Shown: one piece after another, positions 24,417-39,145 of the stretch
Layout: each line of letters opens with the position of its first letter
Position numbering within the stretch: the first letter of the stretch is position 1
DNA from: Camelus dromedarius
Lineage: Eukaryota
Direction: 5' to 3'
DNA length: 64,000 bases
Assembly (NCBI RefSeq): GCF_036321535.1
Contig: NC_087436.1
Location: 27,840,001 to 27,904,000, forward strand
The notes under the pieces: model-generated
Told to the model about the DNA's origin: nothing
Seen by the model: only the letters and a program-made list of their open reading frames with translations
Database searches by the model: none
Position numbers and translations under genes: made by a program

Positions 24417-27028
24417 TGTCCAAACAGTACCCTCTTTATAGTTACTTTGACCTTCTTGGCTTTTGGGACATGGAGAGCAGGCTGGGTGTTTTCCCATATC
24501 AGGAAATTGTTAATTTCATTCTTCTGCTTCCAAATGTTCTGTTTCAACTCTTCTCTTTCTTCTTGAAGGATGTTAATCATGATTGTGTTAGCTTTGAGAT
24601 TTCTGTCATACATATTTATTTTCTCAAGTCATTTGTGACTGCTGATTTCCATTTAATTCCTCTGTGTTTTCAGACCCATCTTCCATGTTGACTGTTTAAA
24701 GCTCTGCCTTTTTACTTTCTTGCTTCTGCTAAGTGAACATCATTTTTATAATTATTTTATTTTCTCTTTCCTTATTTTCTGAACTCTTCTCCTAACATTT
24801 TTGTATTTACTTTTGTATTTCTTTTTTAAATTTATGTTTCAGACCAATCATATTTTAATTTCATTGATTTCCTATGACATTCATCCACAAATTTGTGAGA
24901 TAGCTTTTCTGATACGTAATTTTTGGGGTGTGTATCTTTTACCCCCCTACCTCCTTTCTCTTTTAATGTTCCTTTTCTCCTTTTCTTTCAATATCTTTTC
25001 ACAAATTCCATGCTGGTTCCTTTGTAAATTATTTTTTTCACCTCTGAAATGCAGGGTTACTTTTTTTGGCTTGGTTGTTTGTTGAAAGATGGTTCGAGTG
25101 AGGCTAAAGACTTGGGTCAATAGGCCACATGAACTTTGGCCCATTTTCTCTGAAGTCTTTCTTATGAATACTCTCCTTGAGGATAATTCTCTGCTCTGGT
25201 ATAGAAGAAAATAAGTAGAGTGAGCCCTAAAGCCTTGTGTGTTCCTGCTCCCTGCAGTGATCTAACATTTACTTCTGCTGATCTGACCAAGACTATCCTT
25301 AGCAGTGATTTCCACATGCTTTTTCTTTCTGACTTGCTCTATTGAACACTTGGCTACATCTTACAAAGGAGCTGATCTATGTGTTTCTTTTTCAGCCTCC
25401 TCTCCCATCTACACTGCCTTTTAAATTGTCTGAAACTAATTGCTTAAATCAGTTGAAATTTAAAAATGGACTGAAGGGATTGTGATTTGCTTGTTTTTAA
25501 ATTTAGCTTAGGACTTATTTTTCAACATATCTCTTGTTTTCTTTCTGTCCACCATACCATAGAATCAAATACTATTCTCGGATATTCTCTAAGCTCTCTT
25601 ATGTACCAGATAAGCAATGAATTTTGGTTTTGTTTCTCAATATGTATGTTGCTAACTGACCAAAGCCCATTTAGTAATGCACATCCCCTGCTTTCTTTTT
25701 GGTAGTTTCCAAAGCTGTTTGATATAAATGAGAGTTAACTACCCCACAAAGTTACTACCATGTTAAAATAAAAGCAAATCTCAGAACAAACATTGTCCTA
25801 CAGATAAAAGACAACAAACATTCATTAGATTGTAAACAGAAAATATCTCATAAAATGTGTTCTAGGAGTTTGACAAAACCCCAGTTCTCTCTCTTTTTAG
25901 GTACTCTGAACCACAACTTCAAATGGAAAGTCCATACAAAGCAGAGGAGAATATTCTAGAGGCAAGATTCTGTTATCCTTAAGATTATCATCAGGGAAGC
26001 AGTAATTTTTCAAAATCAATTTCTGGATACAAGTCTGTTCAGTGATCAAGTTTCTGGCTTGCCTAGACTCTTAATACCATTAGTGAGTAATAACAGTTTT
26101 AGTTTTCCCAAATGTACTGAATTTAAAATTGAGAACCCATTTCTACTATTCATCATGTTATTTGACAAACCAATGCTTTCACTAATAAAAACCCATTTTT
26201 ATTTCAAAATTGTTGATGAGCAAACATTCAACTATTTAACTAGTTAATGAAAATGGAAACAGTTTAGTACTATCTTTGGATTACCACCTTTCTGATATAA
26301 TAACAGCTAATCAGCCCTTTGGAAGTTTTTCTGATTAAAGCAATTGATTGCCCCTAGATTTGAACCTTAAAGTAACTAGTATATACTTACTAACATACTG
26401 TCTACATCATTATGCTGAAATGCCAAAATCTTTAAAAATAGATTACAGACAAGGAAAAAAAAATGCCCAATTTACTTTTGTAGAAACTGGCTCAATTCCC
26501 AAGATCAGCTTTTCAGCACACAAAGTACCATATGTCATTGCTCTTGCTAGCACTTTTTTTTTTCATATATTATGTATTTAGATATTCACTAACTGTATCA
26601 AGGACAAAAGTTTTAGGCTCTGAATTCCTAATTTTATCATGTTGCAGGAAGGCGATCCAGGCAGATCTCTCTTCATCCCCTCCTTTTCCAATCAAATATC
26701 CATCTATTCTTTCTTGGAGGTTTTCTTTATGTGTTTCTTTTCCTACCTATTATTTTTTGTTTGTTTTAATTTATTTTAGTTTGATATAATTTCAGCATTA
26801 CAGAAACTGCAAAAGAATAATATCTAACCCAAGAGTATGTGTTCAGTTCCTCAGACTTTCATCTTTTGACCCCGACAGTTTTGAAGAGCATATGGCTCAT
26901 ACTTTGGAAAATGCCCTTCATTTTAGTTTGTCTAGTGTCTCCTAACGATTACAGGTCATACAGTTTGGTAGGAACATGACTAGATATATTTTACATCCTT
27001 CAAGGTACATGATGTCTGTTTGTCCTTT

Positions 27029-27438
27029 GATCTGCCATCTACAAACTGGAGACACAGAAAAGTCAGTGGTGTGGTTCCACTCCAAGTACCAAGTCTGAGA
27101 ACCAGAAGAATTTATGGTGGAAATTTCAGTCCAAGTCCAAAGGCCTGAGAACCAGAGTCCAGTGGTGTAAGTTCCAGTCTAAGGGCAGAAGACTGATGTC
27201 CCAGCTCAAGCAATCAGGCAGAGAGAGTGATTCTGCCTTTTGTTCTATTCATTCCCTCAACAGATTGTATGATATGCCCACTTGTATTGGAGCAGGCAAT
27301 TTGTTACACTCAGTCTACTGATTCAAATGTTAATCTTGTCTAGAAAGATCCCCACAGACACATAGAGAAATAATATTTAGGCAGATATCTGAACATTTCA
27401 TGGTCCAGCCAAGCTGACACATAAAATTAATCAGTACA
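27029..27438 (-). mobile_element. MLT2 (ERVL) LTR, partial
   Basis: Ends CCAAGCTGACACATAAAATTAATCAGTACA, the reverse of the MLT2 5' start. Internal repeated CTGAGAACCAG units. Confidence 0.8.
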
Positions 27439-27479
27439 ATAATTTTCATCACTTGCACACCCAGAGAACTGGGATATTT

Positions 27480-28320
27480 CCCAGATTACTTTTCTGTACT
27501 CACCTACCTCTCCTCCCTCACCAAACAATTCACTTAAGAGATATAATTAATATTTCCATTATGAGTCTCAAATCTACTCCTCTTTCTCACAATGAGGAAA
27601 CATCTTAGTTAAAAACTTTGTAATTCTGTAATATATTACTGTAGAGATTTTCTAACTGCTCAGTTTCCAGCACTGGTCTTCCTTTTCTTCCTGTAGCACC
27701 AGTGTCAGAATTCTAGAATATACAGTTCCTGACAGTAACAACTTTGCCTCTTTTGTACACCACAGTGCTAGACCAGTGATTAAGACTGAGTAAATATTCC
27801 ATAAATATTGGCTGAAAAAGACATAAATGCAAACTTGAAAATGTAATTTCCAAACTAAAATCATCCCCTGGTTTCTCATGGATTTACAGTCTTCAAACAC
27901 GATGGCCTAGTGAACAAAATGCAGACTTACCTGGACCAAATTCAAAATCCACCACCCTTTCATATCTCCTATTGCTCCAGTGATACAGAATCATTGTTTT
28001 TCACATAACCCATCAATCTTTCATACTTGCTTTTACTTTGAACCTTTCACTCTTTTTTGAACTAGCTATAAACTAACTTATATTTCAAAAAATGCAGCTC
28101 AATTCTTACTTAATCACCATGTTCCCCCTGATGTCACGTAGATATATTTTTTGTGTCTCTAGTAACATACTTCATCAAAGCACTTAGTTCACTGAACTGT
28201 AATTACTGTCCTATTTTTCTGTCTCCTTTTGGGTCAGGACCATTTATTATTTATGTTTTGATTACCAGTTTATAACTGAGTACCTGTTATAGGTAGACAA
28301 TCAATATATTTTTGCTGAAA
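27480..28320 (+). mobile_element. LINE-2 3' region, degraded
   Basis: L2-like terminus GGTCAGGACCATTTATT...GTACCTGTTATAGGTAGACAATCAATATATTTTTGCTGAA. Confidence 0.5.
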
Positions 28321-31300
28321 AAGTGTATTCTTAACCCTTCATGTCAAATAACCTTTCACCCCACATCCACTTTTAGTATTTCTGTCCTTCTTATCCTTAA
28401 AAACTGTTTTCACCTCCTCTAGGAGAAACGGTCCATTTTCCTTCCTGAAATTCAATAATCTCTCTTTGTTCTCATTACTCTTAGTGTTTGGCAGTATTAA
28501 AACATGTAAATCAATCTGATTTGTAGTATAAATGGCTATTTGCTTTTCTACCTCCCCAAGTGAAATATAAACCCCATGACAACAAAATCTATCTCTTAGT
28601 TCTTACTAGATATACTATAATAATTATATTAACAATACTTCCTTAAGGAAAAAGCAGTAGTATATTGAACAATTGTCAGAGCTGTTACAGAAAAAATCTA
28701 TTGGAGCCAATTGAGGAACTCATCCCTTAAGATGAAGGATTTTTATGGAGAATAAAAGAAAAATAACATTATATTTTATAACAAAGTATAGAATTGAGTG
28801 CTTTGTAAAAAATACTATGTTAGACATAACTTGACTGGACATAATCTTTGTGATCAGAGAGTGGACATTTCATGTTCATTTACTTTGCTTTTTGAGAACT
28901 ATTAGTCAGGTACAAATTGTGAAAGATTGTTATTATTGTTTGTAAAATTTCTTCTCACATTTTAATAGTGAGTCACACTTTGTAAATTGTGTTTATACAC
29001 ATTACTTCAGTTAAAACTCAATATTATTTTGTAAAGTAAGAGAGAGAACTGAGATTCAGCAAATTCAAGTTACTTTCCTAAGCTCTGTCATATCATTAAT
29101 TATGACAGAAATGTGAAATTTTATTATCATAGTAATATAATACACTTAGGAAACAAAGTAACAATTTGGGATCTGATCTAAGGTTTTTTTTGTTTTTTGT
29201 TTTTGTTTTTTAATTTGTAAGGCAGCTGCTAGGAAAGCTTATCCTGGTGTAAAAGCTAACTATAGGTGCTGTGACTCTGAAGCATGTTTCAAAATATTTA
29301 ACAGAAATAAAGTGATGAAAGTTTCAAACATCAAAGAAGTTTCCCTTTCTCAACTATAAAAATAGCAAATATATATTGTTAAACTATTCAGTGGAAAGAT
29401 AACACAGGGTCAGTTATTTAACCAGTATTTGTATTATTAGAAGTAGAGAAAGTACAAAAAGCAAAGGAATCTGAGATTCCACCATCCTATTTGGTCTTGT
29501 AATTTAGAAGATTAATCAAAATTCATCAGATGCCCCATGCTTTGGGTGGGTTGGAATTTGGTAAATTCTAACAGAAAAGCAGGTCTCCAGGCCCTGGACC
29601 TGAATTAGGACATGGTCTGTTGACTTACAACAGTGTTCTCAGAGCAGGACTAAAGGTTTAGGAACCAAGGTTAAATTATTGCCTCATATGGGAGTGTTTC
29701 TCATGCATAATTTGGAAGAAAGGGTAAAGATTCCTTAACCTAGCACTGAAAAGTAAAATGAAGTGATTGGTGATTCTAGAACTTTAATCTTTTGTCATCC
29801 CAGGTCCAATGCATATTCCATTCTGTCAAAGCACCACAACAGTTATTTTCAGGCATTTACTAAATATTAATTGTTCAGTGAATTGCATCCTGCAAAAGTC
29901 ATGTCTCTCATGACCTCTCTAAATTTGAAGAATATATCCATTTTCTCATTCTCCCAGTTCTGAACTGACATCCTCTATAAAATAAATAATTCTATATTTT
30001 AGGTCACCAGCTAGAGTTAATAAGGCATTCTATATATATACACACACTCTCTCTTGAATTCTTCATTCAACTACATCATGAATTATATATAATTCTTCAT
30101 TCTCATTGTCACCACTTTGGTTCAGGCCCTCATCATTGCATGCCTGATCAACAACAGGAATATTCTAAATATTCTTCCTATTTCTAAGCTAACAGATATC
30201 CTGAATATCTTACTTTGCTCAGACTTTCTATAGCACTATGTTGACCACATGGAACAACTTTAATGACTCCATACTGAGTATGTAAAAAGTACCAAAAGCA
30301 GATTATAAAAATTGTATTCTCACTATTTTTCATGTCTTGGTAGGGTAGTAATATTTGGGTATTTTTATTTTTGCTTCTAAAAAATGTCAGGTTGTATTTA
30401 GAACTTCAAATAAGAAAAAAAAATTCAAAACAGAAGAAATATTAAAAAAAGAAAGAGGGAAATATCAATTTGAGAACGCATCTTAATCCACATTATTTTA
30501 TCCTCATTTTTAGGTTCTCAAACTGATACGACCTGTTGGGGTACAAACACTGAACCAAAGAAAGAGCATTTTTAATCATTCTTTTCATTCACACCACCTA
30601 AACATGTTGCAAAAACAAATATACAAAGTTCACATAGAATTTAACTCTCTCCCTTCCTCTGTCCCACTGGGCCAACCTATATTTAATAAGAAAATAGTGT
30701 GTCAATTAATTTACATAAAGTTTAATATAAAAATAACTTTGTGACAAGCAAGGCACGCTGAAAATTCAGTGGTTTATCTTAGGAGGTATTCAAAATGATG
30801 CTTATCAATGCTCAAAAGCTCTGTTTCACATAGTTTTGAAGAGATCTGAAATATCCCTACTGAAATCCTAACTGATAATTTGTTTTCATTTTTGAGCCAA
30901 TCAAAAGTCCCTTTAGAATAATATAAAGCCTGAATCATTATACGGATTTGGTATTTTCTGAGACTGCACTATGAATATACATAAATTGATTTAGAATCTA
31001 CAAAAATCTTGGGTTGGGACTTAGCAAAGATCTTAGTCATATCAAACAATTTTAATTTTGTACTGTTAACTTTTAAGCATTCCTGCAAAAGTACTAGACG
31101 TGAGTCACATTTCTAAGAATACATTTTCAGTTTTGTTGTCATTTTCTTCCAGTAACTGAAATGAAGTCTGGACTATTTGGATAATTTAGAGAATATAATG
31201 AAATAGTAATCTAATGATCAGTAAAGTTCAGTAAATGTTCTGATGCATCTCTTTACTACCAGGAAATAATAAATACTAAGCTAATTTCCATTACAGTTAA

Positions 31301-34300
31301 TTTTTAGTATGAATGAAATATTAATGTAATAATAAACTGTAATATAATAAAACATGAGAGGGAAATAGAGTTGAAAATATTTGCTTCTTTCTGCATAAGG
31401 CATGTGTCTCAGTTGACCTAAAGTTTAAAATGGTTTTTAAATATACAGTTCATTTTTTAAAATGATCTAAAAATAATTTCAAATTAAACTAAAAATTTAA
31501 GGATGTAAAATATGACCTCATTAAAAATTAGCAAAACAAAGAAACAGTCCAGTTGAAATGTCATATGGAATCCTAAAAGCATATTAATATTGTAATTTGT
31601 TTTTACCTTAATATGGTGTCTATGTTGATTAATAAAACACTAAGTTCTTTCAAAATATATTTAAATTGAAGTGACATATTTTTTATAAATAATAAAACTT
31701 TTTCACATTGTCATTCTTAAGTCATTCATACCTTTATCTCTTTAATTCAATGCTTTGCAAAAATATACAGCTTGTTATATGAAGGAAATTGATTTCATAA
31801 TCACCTTCATAATGAAAACACCACCTCCAACCATCAATCGGCCTCTCCATTTCTGTTTAGTGTCTTTTGAATGTTCTAAGCGGAAATGAAGGCTGACGCA
31901 CCTACATAGTTACTACAGAATCCCTGAACATAAAGAATTTACATTTTATCTTCCAGCATCATCATGATGTCCATGTCTTATCCCCCAAATTCAGCATTTA
32001 TAACATTGTATGATTACTCCTGCCTGTATAATAAAATGCAAACTCCCTAAAAAGCACTTTGTGAGTGGCCTCAGCTAGCTTTCCAGTCTAATTTTCCAGC
32101 CTAATCTCCATTTAGAGAACAATTAGCAAAGAAATAAGACACATGAAAGAGGGCAAAACATATGACAATACAAAATATATTCACTTAATGCATTGTGAGG
32201 TACAGTTTTCAACTGCTAATCTATTGTCACTAGGCTAGAATAATCAGAAGCTTCTTGGAGGTAAACTAGATATAAATTGGTTATGGGAGGGAGAACACCA
32301 TTTCTGTGAAGACACATTAAATAAGGAGTGATTATGATATGAACAATGTAAAATATTAATATCAATCTGAATACTTAAGTTGTATTAATATTTAAAAATA
32401 ACAGGAATTAGAGTTTGGTAAGTAGGGAAAAAGATTATGAAAGAGTAAAATTAATTTAGAAGAACCTTGATCAGTTTCAGAAGTAGGAGTATAAACAAGA
32501 AATCATATATACTCTTTTTCCGAAGTCTAGTTGCAAAATGTGTGATTTTGCTCCTTCTTCATTCATTTGAAATTACGTACTGAATTTCTGAACGTCTTTG
32601 TTAAATGCCTGGCATAGTTAGAGCATTATCCAATTTTGGAAAAATAAAATTTATTGATTACAAACACAAATGTCATCAGGGAAAGAAGTATCGATCATTT
32701 CTTCAACAAATACTCTTGAGCAACTTCCATGCACTGGGCACTGTTATCAGGAGTGTCAGACATGAAACAATAAGGAGTCCAGAGGACTATGGCAAACTAG
32801 AGAATTCCTGCCTGGTTTAAATGCTCTCAATTTATTTATTTATTTTAATCAAGAAAGTCAAACAAGACCAATCTGGTAACTTCCCCTTTGACCCACCCTG
32901 ACTCCTAGTTAAATATATTCTGGAGCTGAGTCCTTGTAACTCAGGACGACCTGAGATTTTCAGAGATTCTGAGGGAATCCCGGGTCATAGAGAAGAAATA
33001 ATCATTATTTAGGTTTGTTTCTTCCAGATCACTCTCAGGATTAGAGGGCATCAATATTGGATTCTGGAAATACGACATAGAGAAAGTCTGAGGTACAGTC
33101 AAACCACTAATCCCTTTGCTATTTTATCTTCTAAATATTGCCATCTGTCAGTTGCTTAGTGAAAAGTAAAGCTAATTTACACCTCTCTGAAATTTCTTTA
33201 ACATCAAGTCCTCTTTTCAAACAACTGCTGAGATGCTGCCTTAGTTAGGGACACACTGAGTCTTTGAAAAGTGATCAGAAGAATTTAGTTACTTGTAATT
33301 TCTGTAGAAATGAGAGGCCAGTAAAGTGAGAAGAGAGGATATGAAGGAAATGAAAATGTTATGATATATTTCTCCCTTTTTTATGTATTTGTAAGAGTGT
33401 TTTAAAATAATCAAATGTGTCACCAGTTAAAATTAACTAACTATAGGAAAATATCAATTGACAGTTACATTAGAAATCTACAGAAGTTATTTCACCTGAA
33501 AATGAAGCAAAAACACATGATTATATATTGTTTCATTATGGTGAGACGATGCTAACTCCTTGTGCAAGATCTGGTTTTATGTGAACCTACTGTATCAAAA
33601 AAAAAAAAGAGTATCTAAATGTTTTAACAGACATTACTGTTTATATAAGCATCATTGTTTAATAAGCTCATGGGTAATTTTATATGTGAGAAACATACAT
33701 ATACCAATTGAGTCAATGCATCATCAATACATACATACACTAAATATATCATAGATTTGTTCCAAACATGGCTGAAGAACTAAATTTCAATACCATCAAA
33801 ATGAAAAACAAATCTAGTATATTAGATTAGACCAATATAATTTGCTGATTAATAGGGACTATCAAAAGTTTACAAGATCAAAGAATTGAGTCATAAAATA
33901 TTTGAATAAATATCTTTCCTACTTTTGCTTTCTCATTTAAAGAAGTGGAATGACATATTGCTAGTTACTAGCAGATATAGGAGTAAAACCATTGTCCTCA
34001 TATTTTACTACCCAACAGCTCGTTAACTTCTATTCCACTTATAAGGCTTAGTAAATCTGATTTTGTTACTCTAGATAGGTTACGTGACTTGATCAAGGTC
34101 TGATAATTGTTTCATTGTAATGGTAACGGTGGATTGGGTCTAACTCACCTTCTATGTACCTCAAACTAACACTCTTTCAACTATATATGTTGATTAATAT
34201 TCATGCTTACACTTTCTTCATGCAGTAGGTATGGCTCCTACATAATTAACATTCCTCTTCATACTGATCATACATTGATTCACCACACCAGCAGAAAACT

Positions 34301-35324
34301 GAACAGAAGAATTAGAAAATCAGTTAGTGGTAGCTGCATATATGAATCTCCATTCATGATTATGCTGATGTTTAACTTACAGGAGGAAATTTTAAAAAAA
34401 ATACTTAATTTTGTGTCAACACCAATATCAAAAAATACCTTTCTTGCTAGTGCTCAAGGAACCACAGGTACGTACATATGTTTACATTCATTTAATGTAG
34501 ACAAACTATATGCACATGTATTTATAGGCAAAAATTATATGCAATTTTAAGGACTGTACAAATATGTGAAGTCTCATAACATCAGTCTTTTTATCTACAG
34601 GACAAATTTCTGATAATATTATGTTTCTATTGAGCAGAAAAGAGTGAGATATGCAATTTCAACATAGTTTTAAAGTAACTTTTTCTGTGTGAAGATTTGT
34701 AGAGCCCTATGCTTACACAAAACCAGCAGAGGTGTATAGTCATACCAAAGAAACTTTTACCTTCCTCTTTCTCAAATCTTATCGGAGGTAAACCAAACTA
34801 GATTTATAAAGATAAAGTATACCAATCAGAAGAATAATCCCCTTTATCTTCCTGTTGGTTTAGTTTCACAAGAAAGTCAAAATGACCAGTGGAAACTTTC
34901 TCTTTCTAATTGACCATATCCATGACCTCTTTTCTTTTTGAAGGACTTCTTTCTCAGGAATTCTAAACTGACCCAGTACAAGGGATCAGAGACGAGAGGC
35001 GACAATTTTTCATATGGGTTGTAGATATAATAGTGAAAGGGGCGCTCCCCATTTTCTACTCTTTGTTTCCATGCCTGTGGATTCAGGCTACAAGAAGACT
35101 TACACCATATACTGACTCTGGTTTCAGGAATGTGCCAAATCCTGTAGAAAAATAAAGGGAAAAAACCTTGCAGGTATGCCCTTTAAGCAGGTGCCATAAC
35201 TCTCCTTTTAGCTGGCCCTCCTATCATTTATTCAGACAAGCCAGCAGCTGCTTGATAATGGAACTCATGGCAAAAATTGTAAATTCTTTCTGTAGGAATC
35301 AATTGTCACAATTCCTTTTTTATA

Positions 35325-35740
35325 AAATAGGCCTGTTTGAATGCCTAGAAGCTGAATCTGAGATGAAGATTCTTGTAAAATTTATTTCAATAGCAAATTA
35401 TGCAAGAAAGGAATCAAGGGTAGGCATGGTAGAGGGGAGGCAAGCTAAGCAAAGATGTCTCAGCTGAAATAGAGCTTTAGTTTCAACATATGGGAAGGGT
35501 TTGGAGTAAAAATAGAACCACAGAGAATTTGTTCCATCTTGAGGCAAGAGAGTGGCCCATTGTACTTTGTGTTAATATATCACTGAGTGCTGAGTTCAAT
35601 TCTCCAATAATGAAAGAGCTGTGAGTTAGCAGCCAACTGCAAGAGCTGCTGGGTATGTGTACTGTGGAACCAGCAGCACACACTAGAGAGTTGATGTTGC
35701 ATGGGATACCATGGGGCTGGTAAAGGACATCGAAGTCCAA
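35325..35740 (-). mobile_element. Old ERVL LTR (LTR16-like)
   Basis: AGAAGCTGAATCTGAGATGAAGATTCTTGTAAAATTTATT...GCAAGCTAAGCAAAGATGT...CAGCTGAA. Confidence 0.5.
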
Positions 35741-35789
35741 TCACATCAACACCTCCTGGCATTGAGGGCAAACTAGACCTCAAATACTT

Positions 35790-36470
35790 TATTTCTCTGG
35801 AAGCACAAAGTTGCTGACCCTACATGATAGGAGAGATCCAATGTAATTAGCCAGTTACTACATTGCTGACTAGATATTCAGGAATTGGTATTATGGCAGA
35901 GGATCAGCATTGACCTTTGGATGTTGGAAAGTTGTCACAGTCAGATCACAGTGAAGGGAAGACATGTTGTTTTGTCTGTTGCCATGGACACTTTGATGAA
36001 CGCCCAATTATTGAATGCCTCCCCCAGCACTGAAATCAGAAGATTTCAATTTATGTAGTACGCAAATATTTTCATACTCTCTTAAGGGGGCCATCCATAT
36101 TCTTCTCTAGATTTCTTAGGACGAATTTTCCAGGATTATTGAATCTAAAGCTTTTCAATTGTGCCACCTGTTAGTTATTGTCCATGAGTCAAAGTAGATC
36201 CATAATTTAGACCATCTGTCCTTTCATGAGAAATGGACAATCAAACCTATGTCTTACATTTAGAAAGTGGGGTTTTAAGGCAGCAGCTATCTAGTTTTGG
36301 GTGGTGCCAGAATATTATACAGGTCCATTCAGAAACAGGATTGCAACTTTTACTTTTCAACAAATCTGTCAGAGTGAACTTATTATAAATTTCAGGCTTA
36401 TGAACAAGTCTAACAAGAGCAAGTGCCATGGGATTCTGAGTCACATGCTTGAGTAATTTAATTCTGTCCT
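35790..36470 (-). mobile_element. ERVL internal (pol/integrase) remnant
   Basis: Minus strand near 35815-35855 translates ANYIGSLLSCR, resembling the ERVL integrase core VDYIGPLPSWKG. Lies next to an ERVL-type LTR. Confidence 0.55.
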
Positions 36471-37129
36471 CTAGCCATGCTCAGGATTAGTCTATAAAAA
36501 CCTCTGCTATTTTTCAAAACTAGTGGACATCCCAATTTTATTGGGAATCAAATCTGTCTTTTTTAATACTCTGTATCCTGTTTATGGCACATGATGGAGA
36601 GTCACTGCATAGATACTCAAAAATTATTATAGGGTTTAAAATGGAATACATCAAAATTGTATATGAATTATACTCAAAAATATTATAAAATTATCTTTGA
36701 TTCTCCAATGTTGTTTTAGAAAAGGTAAAATTACCTTCTATAACAAAAGGAATATGAAAATGTCAGTAGTTTAATAGAGTTTTTCTAATTTATGTGAATT
36801 TTTTAAATGCCCAGAAAGAGTAAACATCATTTCCCTCACTTTCCATTAGCTTGAAATTAGTTCCATAGCCACTTCTAACTGGAAGAGATGCTTGACAGTG
36901 GTGACAAAATATCTAGTACTAGTAAATATCAAATCACGCAGAAAATAATATATTTCCATCTGTAAACTACATTTGAGTTATTGAAAAAGAAAAGTAAATT
37001 AATAAAATGAGGGGAAAAAGGCAATAAGAAGTAGTTGAACATTTGGTCAATATTGCTAAATTTTCACCAGAGTTGCTTTTTTCTTATTACTGATCACTCA
37101 CTGTGCTAGATTACTGTTGTTATATGAGT

Positions 37130-37855
37130 GGGCTAAAATTTGCTCCTGTGTATTAGCCTCAAATGGCCCCCACACTATTTACTTTTACAAAGTGGGCTAG
37201 GACCGTTAGTCCAAAGCCTACCAGAACCAGAACTTTGGCTTAATCAAGAAAGAGACAGAACCATGAGAAGCAGTAATATATGAATTTGTTGGGCAACTCT
37301 TGGACAGGGTTGCATGGGAGAAGAAGTCTCTCCTTATAAAGAAACCTTCCATAAAGGTGCACAAGGCCTCCACCCAGAAGAGGAGTAAGGCAAGGGAACC
37401 CTGGGGAAGAAGGGAAACCAGAGAGGAGGCTGATTTATCTTAGCAGCAAGATAGGGAGTCTCTGGTTCAGAGAGTACCACAAGGCAGCAGAAGTCTGAAG
37501 TCTTATAGCTACAGGGTTTGTTTTGCCTATGGTTGTCAGCAAATGTTGGATGCAGTTTGAAGGTATGAAAAGTAGTTCAGGTCTAAATGGCTAAAAATAT
37601 GTCTATTTGAACTACATTTTTTGTCTTTTTTTAGAAATTAAAAAAAATTGTGTGTGTGTGCAAGGGAGAGGTAATTAGGTTTATTTATTTGGTTTTTTTT
37701 TAGTGCAAGTACTGGGGATTGAATCCAGGACCTTGTGCATGCTAAGCATGTGATCTACCACTGAAGCTGTACCCTTCCTCCTTGGACTACATTTTAATCA
37801 ATTAGATGTGTACGAATTTGATGTTGGAGCTGGTAGGCTTTTGATTAACTTGACT
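37130..37855 (-). mobile_element. Old ERV LTR, apparently rearranged and interrupted by a SINE
   Basis: Minus strand AAAAGCCTACCAG...AAATTCGTACACATCTAATT...ATTTTTAGCCATTTAGACCTG resembles MER-type ERV LTRs. The same motif occurs on the plus strand at 37205-37224. Confidence 0.55.
37621..37781 (-). mobile_element. Second Vic-1-like tRNA-derived SINE (older copy)
   Basis: Homologous to 23245-23376 (GGTAATTAGGTTT, GTACTGGGGATTGAATCCAGGACCTTGTGCATGC). TSD TTGAACTACATTTT (37607-37620) / TTGGACTACATTTT (37782-37795). Confidence 0.88.
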
Positions 37856-37859
37856 AAAA

Positions 37860-38285
37860 ACCCAAGAGTGGGATTCCTGGACCATAACTGAATGTCTAGC
37901 CATATACAAAACAGACAACCTGATTTCCAAAGTGGACATGTGATTTTGGTTGATGGACATACGTTTCCACCAACAGTGTATGAGAGTTCCAGGTCCTTCA
38001 CACCCTCACCCACACTGGGTATTGTTGCAAGTTTTAATTTTAGCTGTTCTAAAAAGTTTGGATTGTGACATTTCTCTTCACTCCTTTAATAGTTTATTTT
38101 GGAGAATGGATGTTTTAAATGTTTCTTAAGTCTAATTTATCATTTAAAAAAGTTTTATTGATTTTGTTTCTACTGTCATATGTAAGCAATTTTTGTTTAA
38201 TGTCTTTTTTTTTAGAAGTGTTAGGGTATTAGGCTTTACATTTAGGTCTATGATTCATTTCAGTTTCTTTGTACATATGTTGTGA
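37860..38285 (-). mobile_element. Old L1M ORF2 3' fragment
   Basis: CCCAAGAGTGGGATTCCTGG, TTTCCAAAGTGG, TTCCACCAACAGTGTATGAGAGTTCC, TTTACATTTAGGTCTATGATTCATTT. Confidence 0.75.
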
Positions 38286-38429
38286 GCCACTACTGTATTT
38301 AAAAATTATAACTACTCACAAATCATTAGAGTTTTATGATTATAATAAAGAGTAAAATGTTCTTTTGTTTGTAAATTTTCATCATACCTTAAATATTTTA
38401 TATACCTATAACAAACACAAGTATTCATT

Positions 38430-38662
38430 CAGATCAATATCTTTCTCTGGGGGATACAGTATTAAACAGGGGGCAATATCAAATACATAATTACAAGCTG
38501 TGATTAGAGCTGAAAAAAAGTACATTGAATCATGAAAGGGAAAAGGCAGCAGGGTCTGAACTGATTCAAAGAGGCAGCTGTTGGGTGTATGAATCAGGAA
38601 ATATTTATTTCTGAAAAGAGATCTGAAGGTTAAGGAGGATGTGTGTGTGTGTGTGTGTCTGT

Positions 38663-38698
<36 letters not shown>

Positions 38699-39145
38699 TA
38701 TAGGGCACTGTGTATCAGGGAGAAAAAGCATTCATTTCATCACACTGGAAAACTCTAGGGTAGAAGAAAACAAGGAAAGTTCAATGTATTCAGAGAAAAT
38801 TGCTGGAGAGCGTACAGCTACAATACGTGAGCACAGCAACATGGGATTTTTATTATTCAGAGCCTTTTGTGTGACACCATCAAAGGTTTTCAAGTAAAAG
38901 ATGGACATCATTATATCATTAATTTTTAATTTTAAAACAATTACTCTAGAAGCAATGTGGAACAGAGTGTAGGGGGAGCAGAAGAGCATGTGGGGAAATA
39001 GATTAGTACTTCTCTGAAAGCAGGAAATTAAAATTGCATGTATATTTATGAGGTGGATTAGGCAGAGCTTGGCAAGAGATTGGAAGAGTTAAGGAAATAG
39101 AAAGTGCCAAAGATGATTCCTGGTTTTCTGGCTTAGAAAACTGTC
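38430..39145 (-). mobile_element. LINE-2 fragment containing a GT microsatellite
   Basis: AGAGATCTGAAGG, TTTTAAAACAATTACTCTAGAAGCAATGTGGA, CCAAAGATGATTCCTGGTTTTCTGGCTTAG. Confidence 0.65.
38640..38696. repeat. Imperfect (GT)n microsatellite
   Basis: Read directly; two CT interruptions. Confidence 0.95.

Noticed and set aside
31902..31923. 22-nt minus-strand micro-exon-like AG/GT pair
   Set aside because: Frame-shifting length, and such pairs are expected by chance in 64 kb.
34383..34467. Plus-strand AG...CAG|GTACGT exon-like segment within the 115-aa ORF
   Set aside because: AT-rich, weak acceptor, no recognisable peptide, no partner exons.
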